A stretch of 64,000 nucleotides of DNA from Eledone cirrhosa (lineage: Eukaryota): positions 46,190,001-46,254,000 of the forward strand of contig OZ024750.1 of NCBI GenBank assembly GCA_964016885.1. The letters run 5' to 3'. Position 1 is the stretch's first letter, and every line of letters starts with the position of its first letter. Under the pieces are notes generated by a model. The model did no database searches and had not been told where the DNA came from. It was given only the letters and a program-made list of their open reading frames with translations. This document shows positions 14,701 through 25,652 of the stretch, one piece after another. A program made the translations under genes and the position numbers.

Positions 14701-15744
14701 TTCCTTATGAAAATTAACGGCTGAGCAGCCTAATTTGCATATTGAGTGAGTTAAATCGGTTAGGCATACCGAAAACGATAAATTGAAACAAAATGAAAAC
14801 GAAATTTCATTTCTCACTCTTAGTATGGCACTTACTTAAATGTAAGTATGCATGTATACGTACATACATATATGTATACAGACGTACAGTAGCATGCACA
14901 TATACATATATATATATATATATATACACATATATATACATATGCATACAGGTACACATACATATATGCACGTATTAGTTTAGCGGCGCTAACGTCGCTT
15001 TGTTCGCTTGTAAACAAACTGAACAGCCTGAATTTATGCCATACGGTGTTAAGGCAACCACGTCACCTTTTTGTTCAACACTGACACAGGAACGATGTAC
15101 TAGTTTCAAGCTTGTTAGCTATCATCAGCACCGTTTACCCATCTGCCAGATAGTTGAACGTTCGAAAGTATATACTTTCCTTATGAAAATTAACGGCTGA
15201 GCAGCCTAATTTGCATATTGAGTGAGTTAAATCGGTTAGGCATACCGAAAACGATAAATTGAAACAAAATGAAAACGAAATTTCATTTCTCACTCTTAGT
15301 ATGGCACTTACTTAAATGTAAGTATGCATGTATACGTACATACATATATGTATACAGACGTACAGTAGCATGCACATATACACATATATATATATATATA
15401 TATACACATATATATACATATGCATACAGGTACACATACATATATGCACGTATCAGTTTAGCGGCGCTAACGTCGCTTTGTTCGCTTGTAAACAAACTGA
15501 ACAGCCTGAATTTATGCCATACGGTGTTAAGGCAACCACGTCACCTTTTTGTTCAACACTGACACAGGAACGATGTACTAGTTTCAAGCTTGTTAGCTAT
15601 CATCAGCACCGTTTACCCATCTGCCAGATAGTTGAACGTTCGAAAGTATATACTTTCCTTATGAAAATTAACGGCTGAGCAGCCTAATTTGCATATTGAG
15701 TGAGTTAAATCGGTTAGGCATACCGAAAACGATAAATTGAAACA
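5778..15744 (-). repeat. Tandem array of ~21 hammerhead-containing 476/478-bp units (retrozyme concatemer, left arm)
   Basis: Near-identical units with periods 476/478 (unit markers at 6209, 6687, 7163 ... 15269). Each has a HHR on the minus strand. The left end abuts (TA)n. Confidence 0.95.
6031..6075 (-). ncRNA. Type I hammerhead ribozyme (first of 21 copies in the left arm)
   Basis: Minus strand reads AACGGTG-CTGATGA-T-AGCT-AACA-AGCT-T-GAAA-CTAG-TA/CATCGTT. Stem I is 7 bp and extendable via CTGGCA/TGTCAG and GTTCAAC/GTTGAAC. Stem III is minimal and palindromic; the cleavage triplet is GUA. Confidence 0.88.
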
Positions 15745-16039
15745 TAACTCACTCAATATGCAAATTAGGCTGCTCAGCCGTTAATTTTCATAAGGAAAGT
15801 ATATACTTTCGAACGTTCAACTATCTGGCAGATGGGTAAACGGTGCTGATGATAGCTAACAAGCTTGAAACTAGTACATCGTTCCTGTGTCAGTGTTGAA
15901 CAAAAAGGTGACGTGGTTGCCTTAACACCGTATGGCATAAATTCAGGCTGTTCAGTTTGTTTACAAGCGAACAAAGCGACGTTAGCGCCGCTAAACTGAT
16001 ACGTGCATATATGTATGTGTACCTGTATGCATATGTATA

Positions 16040-16070
<31 letters not shown>

Positions 16071-17624
16071 GTGTATATGTGCATGCTACTGTACGTCTGT
16101 ATACATATATGTATGTACGTATACATGCATACTTACATTTAAGTAAGTGCCATACTAAGAGTGAGAAATGAAATTTCGTTTTCATTTTGTTTCAATTTAT
16201 CGTTTTCGGTATGCCTAACCGATTTAACTCACTCAATATGCAAATTAGGCTGCTCAGCCGTTAATTTTCATAAGGAAAGTATATACTTTCGAACGTTCAA
16301 CTATCTGGCAGATGGGTAAACGGTGCTGATGATAGCTAACAAGCTTGAAACTAGTACATCGTTCCTGTGTCAGTGTTGAACAAAAAGGTGACGTGGTTGC
16401 CTTAACACCGTATGGCATAAATTCAGGCTGTTCAGTTTGTTTACAAGCGAACAAAGCGACGTTAGCGCCGCTAAACTGATACGTGCATATATGTATGTGT
16501 ACCTGTATGCATATGTATATATATGTGTATATATATATATATATATATGTATATGTGCATGCTACTGTACGTCTGTATACATATATGTATGTACGTATAC
16601 ATGCATACTTACATTTAAGTAAGTGCCATACTAAGAGTGAGAAATGAAATTTCGTTTTCATTTTGTTTCAATTTATCGTTTTCGGTATGCCTAACCGATT
16701 TAACTCACTCAATATGCAAATTAGGCTGCTCAGCCGTTAATTTTCATAAGGAAAGTATATACTTTCGAACGTTCAACTATCTGGCAGATGGGTAAACGGT
16801 GCTGATGATAGCTAACAAGCTTGAAACTAGTACATCGTTCCTGTGTCAGTGTTGAACAAAAAGGTGACGTGGTTGCCTTAACACCGTATGGCATAAATTC
16901 AGGCTGTTCAGTTTGTTTACAAGCGAACAAAGCGACGTTAGCGCCGCTAAACTGATACGTGCATATATGTATGTGTACCTGTATGCATATGTATATATAT
17001 GTGTATATATATATATATATATATGTGTATATGTGCATGCTACTGTACGTCTGTATACATATATGTATGTACGTATACATGCATACTTACATTTAAGTAA
17101 GTGCCATACTAAGAGTGAGAAATGAAATTTCGTTTTCATTTTGTTTCAATTTATCGTTTTCGGTATGCCTAACCGATTTAACTCACTCAATATGCAAATT
17201 AGGCTGCTCAGCCGTTAATTTTCATAAGGAAAGTATATACTTTCGAACGTTCAACTATCTGGCAGATGGGTAAACGGTGCTGATGATAGCTAACAAGCTT
17301 GAAACTAGTACATCGTTCCTGTGTCAGTGTTGAACAAAAAGGTGACGTGGTTGCCTTAACACCGTATGGCATAAATTCAGGCTGTTCAGTTTGTTTACAA
17401 GCGAACAAAGCGACGTTAGCGCCGCTAAACTGATACGTGCATATATGTATGTGTACCTGTATGCATATGTATATATATGTGTATATATATATATATATAT
17501 ATGTATATGTGCATGCTACTGTACGTCTGTATACATATATGTATGTACGTATACATGCATACTTACATTTAAGTAAGTGCCATACTAAGAGTGAGAAATG
17601 AAATTTCGTTTTCATTTTGTTTCA

Positions 17625-17630
<6 letters not shown>
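15745..17630 (+). repeat. Inverted arm of the same array (~4 units, HHR on + strand)
   Basis: Reverse complement of the left-arm unit, starting TAACTCACTC at 15745 and ending TTTCAATTTAT + (AT)n. Confidence 0.95.
15839..15883 (+). ncRNA. Type I hammerhead ribozyme (first of 4 in the right arm; others at ~16319, 16795, 17273)
   Basis: AACGGTG CTGATGA TAGCTAACAAGCTT GAAA CTAG TA/CATCGTT. Predicted cleavage after 15876. Confidence 0.88.
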
Positions 17631-17662
<32 letters not shown>

Positions 17663-17667
<5 letters not shown>

Positions 17668-18370
17668 TCTGTGAGTATTGATTTATTATTTTCTAGATCG
17701 TACAGGCAGACCTTATGTTGTTGAATTAAGATTTTTCTCTCTAGCGATCTTATTAGTCAATTGCAACTATAACATGTAAATGTTCATCAAATATTAATTT
17801 ATACTGCTCAGAAGCGATTCCTAGAGCTGAAATGATTGTAAATGACCTCTCTGAGTCTAAACTCTAAGCTATTTATCACTGCTCCCCAAGGTGAGCTGAA
17901 TTTTGTAATTCCATACAAACGGCTGTTATTTCTAGCACTATGTGTGGGACGTTAGAGGACTGGAATAAGCCGTGTGCAAAACCTCGTGTATTTTCGCTAC
18001 GCTAACCAGACCTTAGATATTTTTCTGAGGTTGAGTTATTTTATTTTTATCTGGGTGCCTATTGATAAACACAGAAAAAGTTGATTAACTCACTGCTAAT
18101 TAGTTAATTATTTTACTATTATACCATCCTTTGTGAAACATGTTTGAAGTTTGAAGTTCTGACCGATCTGCGGAAAAAGTTTGTATTTTGAATTTTAAAC
18201 GTGTCTAGGTACCAAGGCTTTTTGCCCATATGAGTCTGTGAGTATTGATTTATTATTTTCTAGATCGTACAGGCAGACCTTATGTTGTTGAATTAAGATT
18301 TTTCACTCTAGCGATCTTATTAGTCAATTGCAACTATAACATGTAAATGTTCATCAAATATTAATTTATA
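17663..18370. mobile_element. Small element with ~140-bp direct terminal repeats between (TA)n tracts
   Basis: 17663-17802 is nearly identical to 18230-18369 (period 567 bp). Confidence 0.7.
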
Positions 18371-18381
18371 TATATATATAT

Positions 18382-18719
18382 ATGAATGTGTGTATAGTAC
18401 ATTTAACAATATACTGTATGTTTAATTAAAAACATTTTGAAGTCCTTGCGATAGCATTTTGAAGTAGTGACTATGTCACTTACTTCTTTTTTCGGCAAAC
18501 GAAGAGGAGTTCGTTGCTCTGAGGAACACCAACAGTGTGAAACAGAATCTGTCAGCTTCTCTCCCTTCCTTTGCTGAAAAAAGAAGTAAGTGGCATAGTC
18601 AGTACTTAAAATGATAGCGCAAGGTCTTCAAAATGTTTTTTAATTAAACATACGGTATATTTTCAAATATACTATACATACATTCATTTATACATCGCTA
18701 TTTCAGAGCACAAATCCTA

Positions 18720-18722
<3 letters not shown>
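18382..18722 (+). mobile_element. Fold-back element with a hammerhead at its centre
   Basis: Inverted repeat 18382-18499 / 18570-18688 plus a ~34-bp tail, flanked by (TA)n. Confidence 0.8.
18516..18556 (+). ncRNA. Type I hammerhead ribozyme
   Basis: GCT-CTGAGGA-ACAC-CAACA-GTGT-GAAA-CAG-AAT-CTG-TC/AGC. Canonical core and GUC triplet, with all three stems formed. Confidence 0.88.
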
Positions 18723-18759
<37 letters not shown>

Positions 18760-18764
<5 letters not shown>

Positions 18765-19114
18765 GAAAAAATGAAACGAAATTTCATTTCCCACTCTTAG
18801 TACGGCTGTTACTTAAATATAAGTATTTACACGTACATACATATATGTATACAGACGTACAGTAGTATGTATATATATATACATACATGCACACATATAT
18901 ATATATGTACGTATGGATTCACCGAACATGTATTAAAATGCTCGGTGTGTTTGTAAACAAACATCCCGTATACGGATGTTTGTTTACAAACACACCGAGC
19001 ATTATAATAAATGTTCGGTGAATCCATACGTACATATATATATGTGTGCATGTATGTATATATATATACATACTACTGTACGTCTGTATACATATATGTA
19101 TGTACGTGTACATA

Positions 19115-19118
<4 letters not shown>
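18760..19118. mobile_element. Palindromic fold-back of a diverged relative of the 476-bp unit (3' part only, no HHR)
   Basis: Shares AAACGAAATTTCATTTC.CACTCTTAGTA and TATACAGACGTACAGTAG with the array unit. Symmetric about CCGTATACGG (~18970), with the left arm ~60 bp longer. Confidence 0.85.
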
Positions 19119-19155
<37 letters not shown>

Positions 19156-19177
19156 CAGCTATTGATTTAAGATCAAT

Positions 19178-19367
19178 AATTGTTTCTATTTTAGGCACAA
19201 GGCCAGCAATTACCCAGTACATTACTGGTACTTTATTTTATCGACCCCGTAAGGATGACAGGCAAAGTCAACCTCGGCGGGATTTGAACTCAGATCATAA
19301 AGGGACGTAACTATTCTGGAAAGCATGGCGTTCGACCTTCTACCGATACTGCCAATCCACCGATCAA
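19178..19367 (-). mobile_element. tRNA-derived SINE, full length, with 20-bp target-site duplication
   Basis: A-box-like TGGCAGTATCGG and B-box GTTCAAATCC on the minus strand. ATTGATTTAAGATCAATAAT occurs at both 19161-19180 and 19368-19387. Confidence 0.93.
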
Positions 19368-20056
19368 ATTGATTTAAGATCAATAATGAAAAGTTATTGG
19401 CCAGTATATATGAATATCAGTTAAGGAAGACATGTTAATTGTTGGTGTTGTTGCTGTTATTGTTGTTGTTGGTGTTGTTATTTCTGTAGCTGTTTAACCC
19501 CAGGTCAATTCTCATTGGAGAAATGTCCTCTGTAATGTCCTCTGTAATATCAAAATTTAAATGAATATTCTTACAATGTTTGCCGAGCACGAAAAGGGGT
19601 TCGCATCAAATGGCTATGATATCAACCAATACCACATGAAACTATGTTAATTTATGCAACTATTGCCACCAATATTGTAAGTATATTCCTGTAAGTTTTG
19701 ATATTACAAGTATTTGAAAGCAAGGAGTGTTTTCGTTGGTCACCTTGTAAAGTCGTAGGAAAGTTTATAATACAGAATGACTCGAAGATACGAGACAGTG
19801 AGAGGCAATAACAGTGCAGGGGAGACAATCCAATATCTCCTAGCAGCTTAATTTCCAGCCACCTCACGCTACGGCTGCTGGAATTATGTGGTATATGATG
19901 AATACTTGTCTAATAGTTCACACACACATAGATGTATACAACACACACGCATAGGCATACACATACATACACATACATACACACATACATACATACATAC
20001 ATACATACATACATACATACATACATACATACACACATACATACATAATACATACA

Positions 20057-20172
20057 TAATTGTTTCTATTTTAGGCACAAGGCCAGCAATTACCCAGTGC
20101 ATTACTGGTACTTTATTTTATCGACCCCGTAAGGATGAAAGGCAAAGTTAACCTCGGCGGGATTTGAACTCA
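20057..20172 (-). mobile_element. tRNA-derived SINE, 5'-truncated
   Basis: Family core and 3' end. Confidence 0.9.
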
Positions 20173-20478
20173 TAATACATACATAATACATACAAATATA
20201 TACATCAATACATTCACATGCATATATATACATACATGCATACATACATACAAATATATACATAAATACATTCACATACATGTATATACATACATGCATG
20301 CATACATATAAATATATACATACATATGCATACAAACATACGTAAATACATATATACATATATACATACATGCATACATACATTTATACAAACACATGTA
20401 TATATATAGAGAGAGAGAGAGCGAGAGAGATATTTATATATATATACACATACATACATACATACATACATACATACA

Positions 20479-20510
<32 letters not shown>

Positions 20511-21069
20511 CATACAAGCATATATATATACATATACATACGTAGAGGAATACATAAATACATATATAGAGGAATGTATAAATATATACATTCATATATT
20601 CATACAAACATAATATAATACATACAAATAGATACACACATATATACACGCATGCGCAAGCGCATGCACATGCACACACACACATATACACGTGCACACA
20701 CGCCGTATCATACAACATCATCTGTTGACGTCGCTCTTGTTCCTATATGTTATTAGAAAAGGCATGAATGTCACAACACCACACCAACTAGCCAACAATG
20801 AGCCTCTGTATGATAGCTCGATCTACTGGAAATAGCAACCAAATTTCACTCAAATCACACTTTGTTTTCTTAAAACAAGTTACAGTTCATAACTTTGGTA
20901 ATAGACATGGATGGAGCATTTAATGAGTCTGATCATGTGTCAGTACGTGAAGAGTTGACCCAGGGTTAAACAACAACTATAACTTTAATTATAACATTAT
21001 CCTGCCTATCTATATATATATTTCTTTAACAGGATCAAGAGGCTGTTGTTATTGCTCAAGCCCAGATCT

Positions 21070-21172
21070 GCCCTCGTCGCCCCTCGTCAGACCAGGTCTA
21101 CCCTCGTCAACCCTGGTCAACCCTGGTCAATCCTGGTCAGCCCTGCTCAGCCCTGACAAATCCTGGTCATCC
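21070..21172. repeat. 10-bp minisatellite (CCCTGGTCAR)n, degenerate
   Basis: About 9-10 imperfect copies visible. Confidence 0.75.
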
Positions 21173-21187
21173 CATGGCTGTGATGGA

Positions 21188-21371
21188 ATAATTGTTTCTA
21201 CTTTAGGCACAAGGCCAGCAATTACCCAGTGCATTACTGGTACTTTATTTTATCGACCCCGTAAGGATGAAAGGCAAAGTCAACCTCGGCGGGATTTGAA
21301 CTCAGATTGTAAAGGGACGTAACTATGCTGGAAAGCATGGCGTCCGACCCCCTACCGATACTGCCAATCCA
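21188..21371 (-). mobile_element. tRNA-derived SINE
   Basis: Full family sequence, reverse orientation. Confidence 0.92.
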
Positions 21372-21444
21372 ATGAAAAACGTTTTGGTCGTAAAAATACC
21401 GTCCTTTTTTTTCCTTCCTCAAAATTATTATCATTATATTTCAG

Positions 21445-21830
21445 CGGAATTGGCAGTATCGGTAGAGGGTCGGGCGCCATGCTTTGACGCATAGAGTTAC
21501 GGCCCTTGCCATTCTGAGTTCAAATCCCGCCGAGGTTAACTTTGCCTTTCATCCTTACGGGTCGATAACATAAAGTACCAGTAATGCACTGGTTAATTGC
21601 TGGCCTTGTGCAAAAAGTAGAAACAATTATATTTCAGTTGAAAAGGGCGGTGGAATACTTTGCGACATATAGTTACGTCTCTTACGTTCTGATTTCAAAT
21701 CCTGCTGAGGTTAGCTTTGTCTTTCATTCTTACGGATTCGATAAATAAAGTACCAGTAACGAACTGGAGTTGTTTTTCCTCTCCCCCAAACAATCGTACG
21801 TCTTGTGTCTGAATCAGAAATATATAATTT
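21445..21830 (+). mobile_element. tRNA-derived SINE (21445-21630) followed by an older degenerate copy
   Basis: Family consensus match; the second copy is diverged. Confidence 0.85.
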
Positions 21831-22484
21831 TTTTGTTCTTAAATAATCATGTATATATTGAAATTATACTTACTATTATGAAATTATGACTGAGTTATTC
21901 AGAAGTACGTTTCGATATCATGGGGTCCTGAGTCCGATAGCTCTTGTCGCAACATAGCCAGGAGTAGACACAAGGTTTGTGAATGAAATATGGTATCTAG
22001 TTAGTGTGTCAAAGCCCTTTGGATGAATTGTAATTATAATTTAAACTCCCAGCCGTATCATATTATATCGCAAGAATTCGAAATTGGGTACATTATATAC
22101 ACGTGTCCACTGGCTGACTGGCCAAGTTGCCAGGCTGCCCAATGCCAAGTGGGCCCCAAAGGGCCCACGATAACATTGCGGGGGCCCAAATTAGCATTGC
22201 AGGGCCCGCCGTAGTATTTTGGGGGCCAATGCTTAGCTTGCAAAAAGTACCTGAAGTCTAAGAGAAGGAATAGAATTTTTTTAAAAATGAATAAAGCAAT
22301 TAATCAAAGCATATGGACAACCAATTCCCCAGGGAATTAATAGATATCAAAATATATGATAGTGCTATTAGCTGGAATCGGGGGTTGTACATTCTACTAA
22401 ATCTAAAGCTTAGTGTATTATTTCATGCATGAAAACATACATATATAGACACACACAAGCATATATATATATATATATATATAT

Positions 22485-22848
22485 ATTGTTATACTTTGGG
22501 AGGGTCATGTTGCCAATAAGAAACACACGCACCAGTTGCTTTCACTTCAATTTATTATATATTTATAAATTTATAAATTTATAAATTTACAAATCTACAA
22601 ACTTATAAATTTCTGGTTGGTTGGTTGGTTCCACAACCAGATAGTTGTTTATATATAGTCATAGTCCTTTCGTCACACACTCTGTGACCTCTTCAGTGAC
22701 TGGGGATTCCTCTCTTTGTTTCTGTGCCTTTCCTTTCTTCTATCCTACGCCATTTTGTTGGCAACATGACCCTCCCAAAGTATAACAATATCGGTTTCAA
22801 CACACGATTTCAGATAAAGAATCTTGCTAAACAAATTCAGAAACGAAA
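22485..22848. mobile_element. Fold-back element with hammerhead, in (TA)n
   Basis: 34-bp inverted repeat TATTGTTATACTTTGGGAGGGTCATGTTGCCAA (~22485-22518 / 22759-22791) plus a ~55-bp tail. Confidence 0.8.
22657..22701 (-). ncRNA. Type I hammerhead ribozyme (minimal stem III)
   Basis: Minus strand reads AGTCA-CTGAAGA-G-GTCAC-AGAGTGT-GTGAC-GAAA-GGAC-TA/TGACT. Confidence 0.82.
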
Positions 22849-23529
22849 TATATATATATACATATATATATATACAAATATTTACACATACACCAATTAA
22901 ACAAAGTCACAGGTATATATGTGTTTTTGCAACTTTTCACGATGTGGCTCAATGGAGAATTAATAAATTAATCAGAGCGAAATACTATAGAGTAAAGCAT
23001 GTCCAGAGAATTATTTGATAATATATATACATCATCTCTACTCCCAATCAGCATAATTAACCACACAAAAAATCAATTAGCCCAGGCTATAAGAATAAAA
23101 GGCATCTATGAAGAAACAGTAAATAAATACGCCATTGTGGCGTGCAACCGCTATAGAATATTTACCCAACATTTCAACAGCACGTGGAAATTAATTAAAT
23201 ACACGGTCAACCATACATAATTAGGTAAAAATTAATGTTAGAAATGCTTATATACATACGAGGACTAAATCACTAAATCCCGACCCTTTGGTTTCGCTCA
23301 CTTTTGAGATACCTTATTTAAGGTTCATACTCGAGTTTTAGAGCTCTTCGGGGGATAAACTCACTAGGACATATTATTTTCTGAAAATAGGACATCGAAA
23401 TCGATCAGTAGCGCGCCCAAGGCCTTTTATCGATCAAAAGGCCATGAGGGAAAGAAAAGAAATATATATATATATTGTGTGTGTGGGGGTATTACACGTC
23501 TTCTGGTGAGGATTCAACTGGGTCGGAAA

Positions 23530-23900
23530 ACGATTAACAGTATCGGAAGAGCATTTGACATCATGCTCTGCGGCATATTGTTACGTCTTATTACGTTCTG
23601 AGTTAGCTTTACCTTTCATCTTTATGGGCCGATTAAATAAAGTACTAGTAATGAAATGGGGTTGATTTAATCGACTTCTTTCACCTCCAAAATTGTTGCC
23701 GTGTGCCTAAATTAGGTGGATTGGCAGTATCGGTAGAGAGTCGGACGCCATGCTTTCCAGCATAGTTACGTCCCTTTACGATCTGAGTTCAAATCCCGCG
23801 CAGGTTGACTTTGCCTTTCATCCTTACGGGGTCGATAAAATAAAGTACCAGTAATGCACTGGGATAATTGCTGGCCTTGTGCCAAAAGTAGAAACAATTA
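23530..23900 (+). mobile_element. Two tandem SINE copies (old degenerate 23530-23712; young 23716-23900)
   Basis: Family consensus match. Confidence 0.88.
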
Positions 23901-24688
23901 TTTATCATGGTTATAATAAGTGGCGGACTGGTTCTAAAAATATTGGTTGCCAGGAGATGAAGGAGGCCCACCTACATATAGAATGCTATCATTTAATTTT
24001 TATAACGTATAAATAATACATTAGTGGAAACAAAACAGTGCAATGAAATGTTTGCGGAAAACTATCTTACCTTCTCCATTAAAAAATATTATGTATTGTG
24101 TGAAATCCAGAGACTTTCAATAATGACCAGAAGTCGACCCTAAATATTACTAATAGCTCTAGGAAAGCTATGAACGACACCATATTTAACTTTGATTTTG
24201 AAAGTAGATTTATTATTATCAATTTTCATTATACGTTTGTAGCTGTCTCGGTGGCCTAGTTGGAGCAATCATAGCCGGTGGTGACAATGGTCTGAAGTTC
24301 GAGACTAGGGTTTCCGTTAAATCTTTTCAGTTTTTTTCTATTGGTTGTAAAATAGAAACTAAAAAAGGTTACATGTACCTCTTGACCAGGACTGATCCCA
24401 GGGCCAGGATCTCCACCATTTATAGTACCTACCACTAGGCCACAGAGACAATTACAAAAATCTGATGAAAATTCATATTTGTTAACCTACTTACAAAATT
24501 TTCAAAACAAAGTGTTGTGGTGTCGTTTCATGTCTTTACATTATGGGACGATGTGCTGGGAATAGCAGCCAAATCACTCTCGAAGCAAGTACAATCCAAG
24601 CCATTTCGATAATTTGTTTCTCATCTATCTAGACTACATTTTAACCTGAATCCATGTTTCATTTCTGTTCCACCACATTTCTCCCACG

Positions 24689-24764
<76 letters not shown>

Positions 24765-24890
24765 CCCTCTCTCTCTCTCTCTGTGATATTTGAATCTACT
24801 ATGATTTTGGCTTACCTTATTCCTATATGTATGTTTTTGTATGTCAGTTAGATTCAAACTTACAATGATTGGCATTATATATATATAATT

Positions 24891-25314
24891 GGATTGGCAG
24901 TACCGGTAGAGGGTCGGACGCCATGCTTTGCAGCAAAGAGTTACGGCCCTTTATGGTCTGAGCTCAAATCCCGCCGAGGTTATCTTTGCCTTTCATCCTT
25001 ACGGGGTCGATAAAATAAAGTACCAGTCACGCACTGGGGTCGATTTAATCGACTTCCCTCCCCCCAAAAAAAAAAAAAAAAATTACTGGCCTTGTGCCTA
25101 TATAAGAAACCATTATATATATATAATTGGATTGGCAGTATAGGCAGAGGGTCGGACGCCATGCTTTGCAGCAAAGAGTTACGGCTCTTTATGGTCTGAG
25201 TTCAAATCCCGCCGAGGTTAACTTTGCTTTTCATGCTTACGGAGTCGATAAAATAAAGTACCAGTAATGCACTGGGATAATTGCTGGCCTTGTACCAAAT
25301 GTAGAAACAATTAT
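24891..25314 (+). mobile_element. Two tandem SINE copies (long subfamily 24891-25115; short subfamily 25128-25314)
   Basis: Family consensus. The long form has an extra GGGGTCGATTTAATCGACTTCCCTCCCCC segment. Confidence 0.92.
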
Positions 25315-25652
25315 TACAGATTTTGTCATTGTTGTTGTTGTTATTTACATACCACGTGACTTATCAATTGAATAGCAATCTGTTTCCAAAATATGAAATT
25401 ATTGTATTTTTGATATACCAACATTGAAGTTGTTGTTATTGTTGTTATTACCCTATTTAATTTCACTCCAGCAGATCTATGCTTACAGATATATCCAGTC
25501 ATGACCATCCCATTAATTTATATTTGATGAAATTATCGAAATGGCTTGGCTTGTACTTGCTTCGGGAGGTGATTTGGCTGCTATTCCCAGCACATCGTTC
25601 CACAATGTAAAAAAAAGTCCCTCCCGCTTTATGTGCCCTTGTGCTCCATTAT

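Noticed and set aside
5940-17615. Repeated 61-135-aa ORFs (MKTKFHF..., MFTSEQ...) in the array
   Set aside because: They run through a (TA)n tract and frameshift between A and B units. No recognisable domain, and the conserved feature is RNA structure.
5778-17630. CRISPR-like or rDNA/snRNA gene array interpretation
   Set aside because: No unique spacers, no cas genes, eukaryotic context, and no recognisable 5S, tRNA or snRNA sequence in the unit.
22106-22240. GC-rich GGGCCC-repeat patch
   Set aside because: Resembles a DNA-transposon subterminal remnant, but no TIR pair or TSD could be identified.
23370-23412. CTGAAAA...GAAA-TCGA-TC hammerhead-like string (similar case at 42105-42145)
   Set aside because: G8 missing and stems poorly supported; cannot be called.
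24537-25610. ~80-bp inverted repeat pair (24537-24617 / 25529-25609) as transposon TIRs
   Set aside because: The sequence resembles an internal piece of a dispersed repeat (partial match at ~20826) and no TSD is visible.
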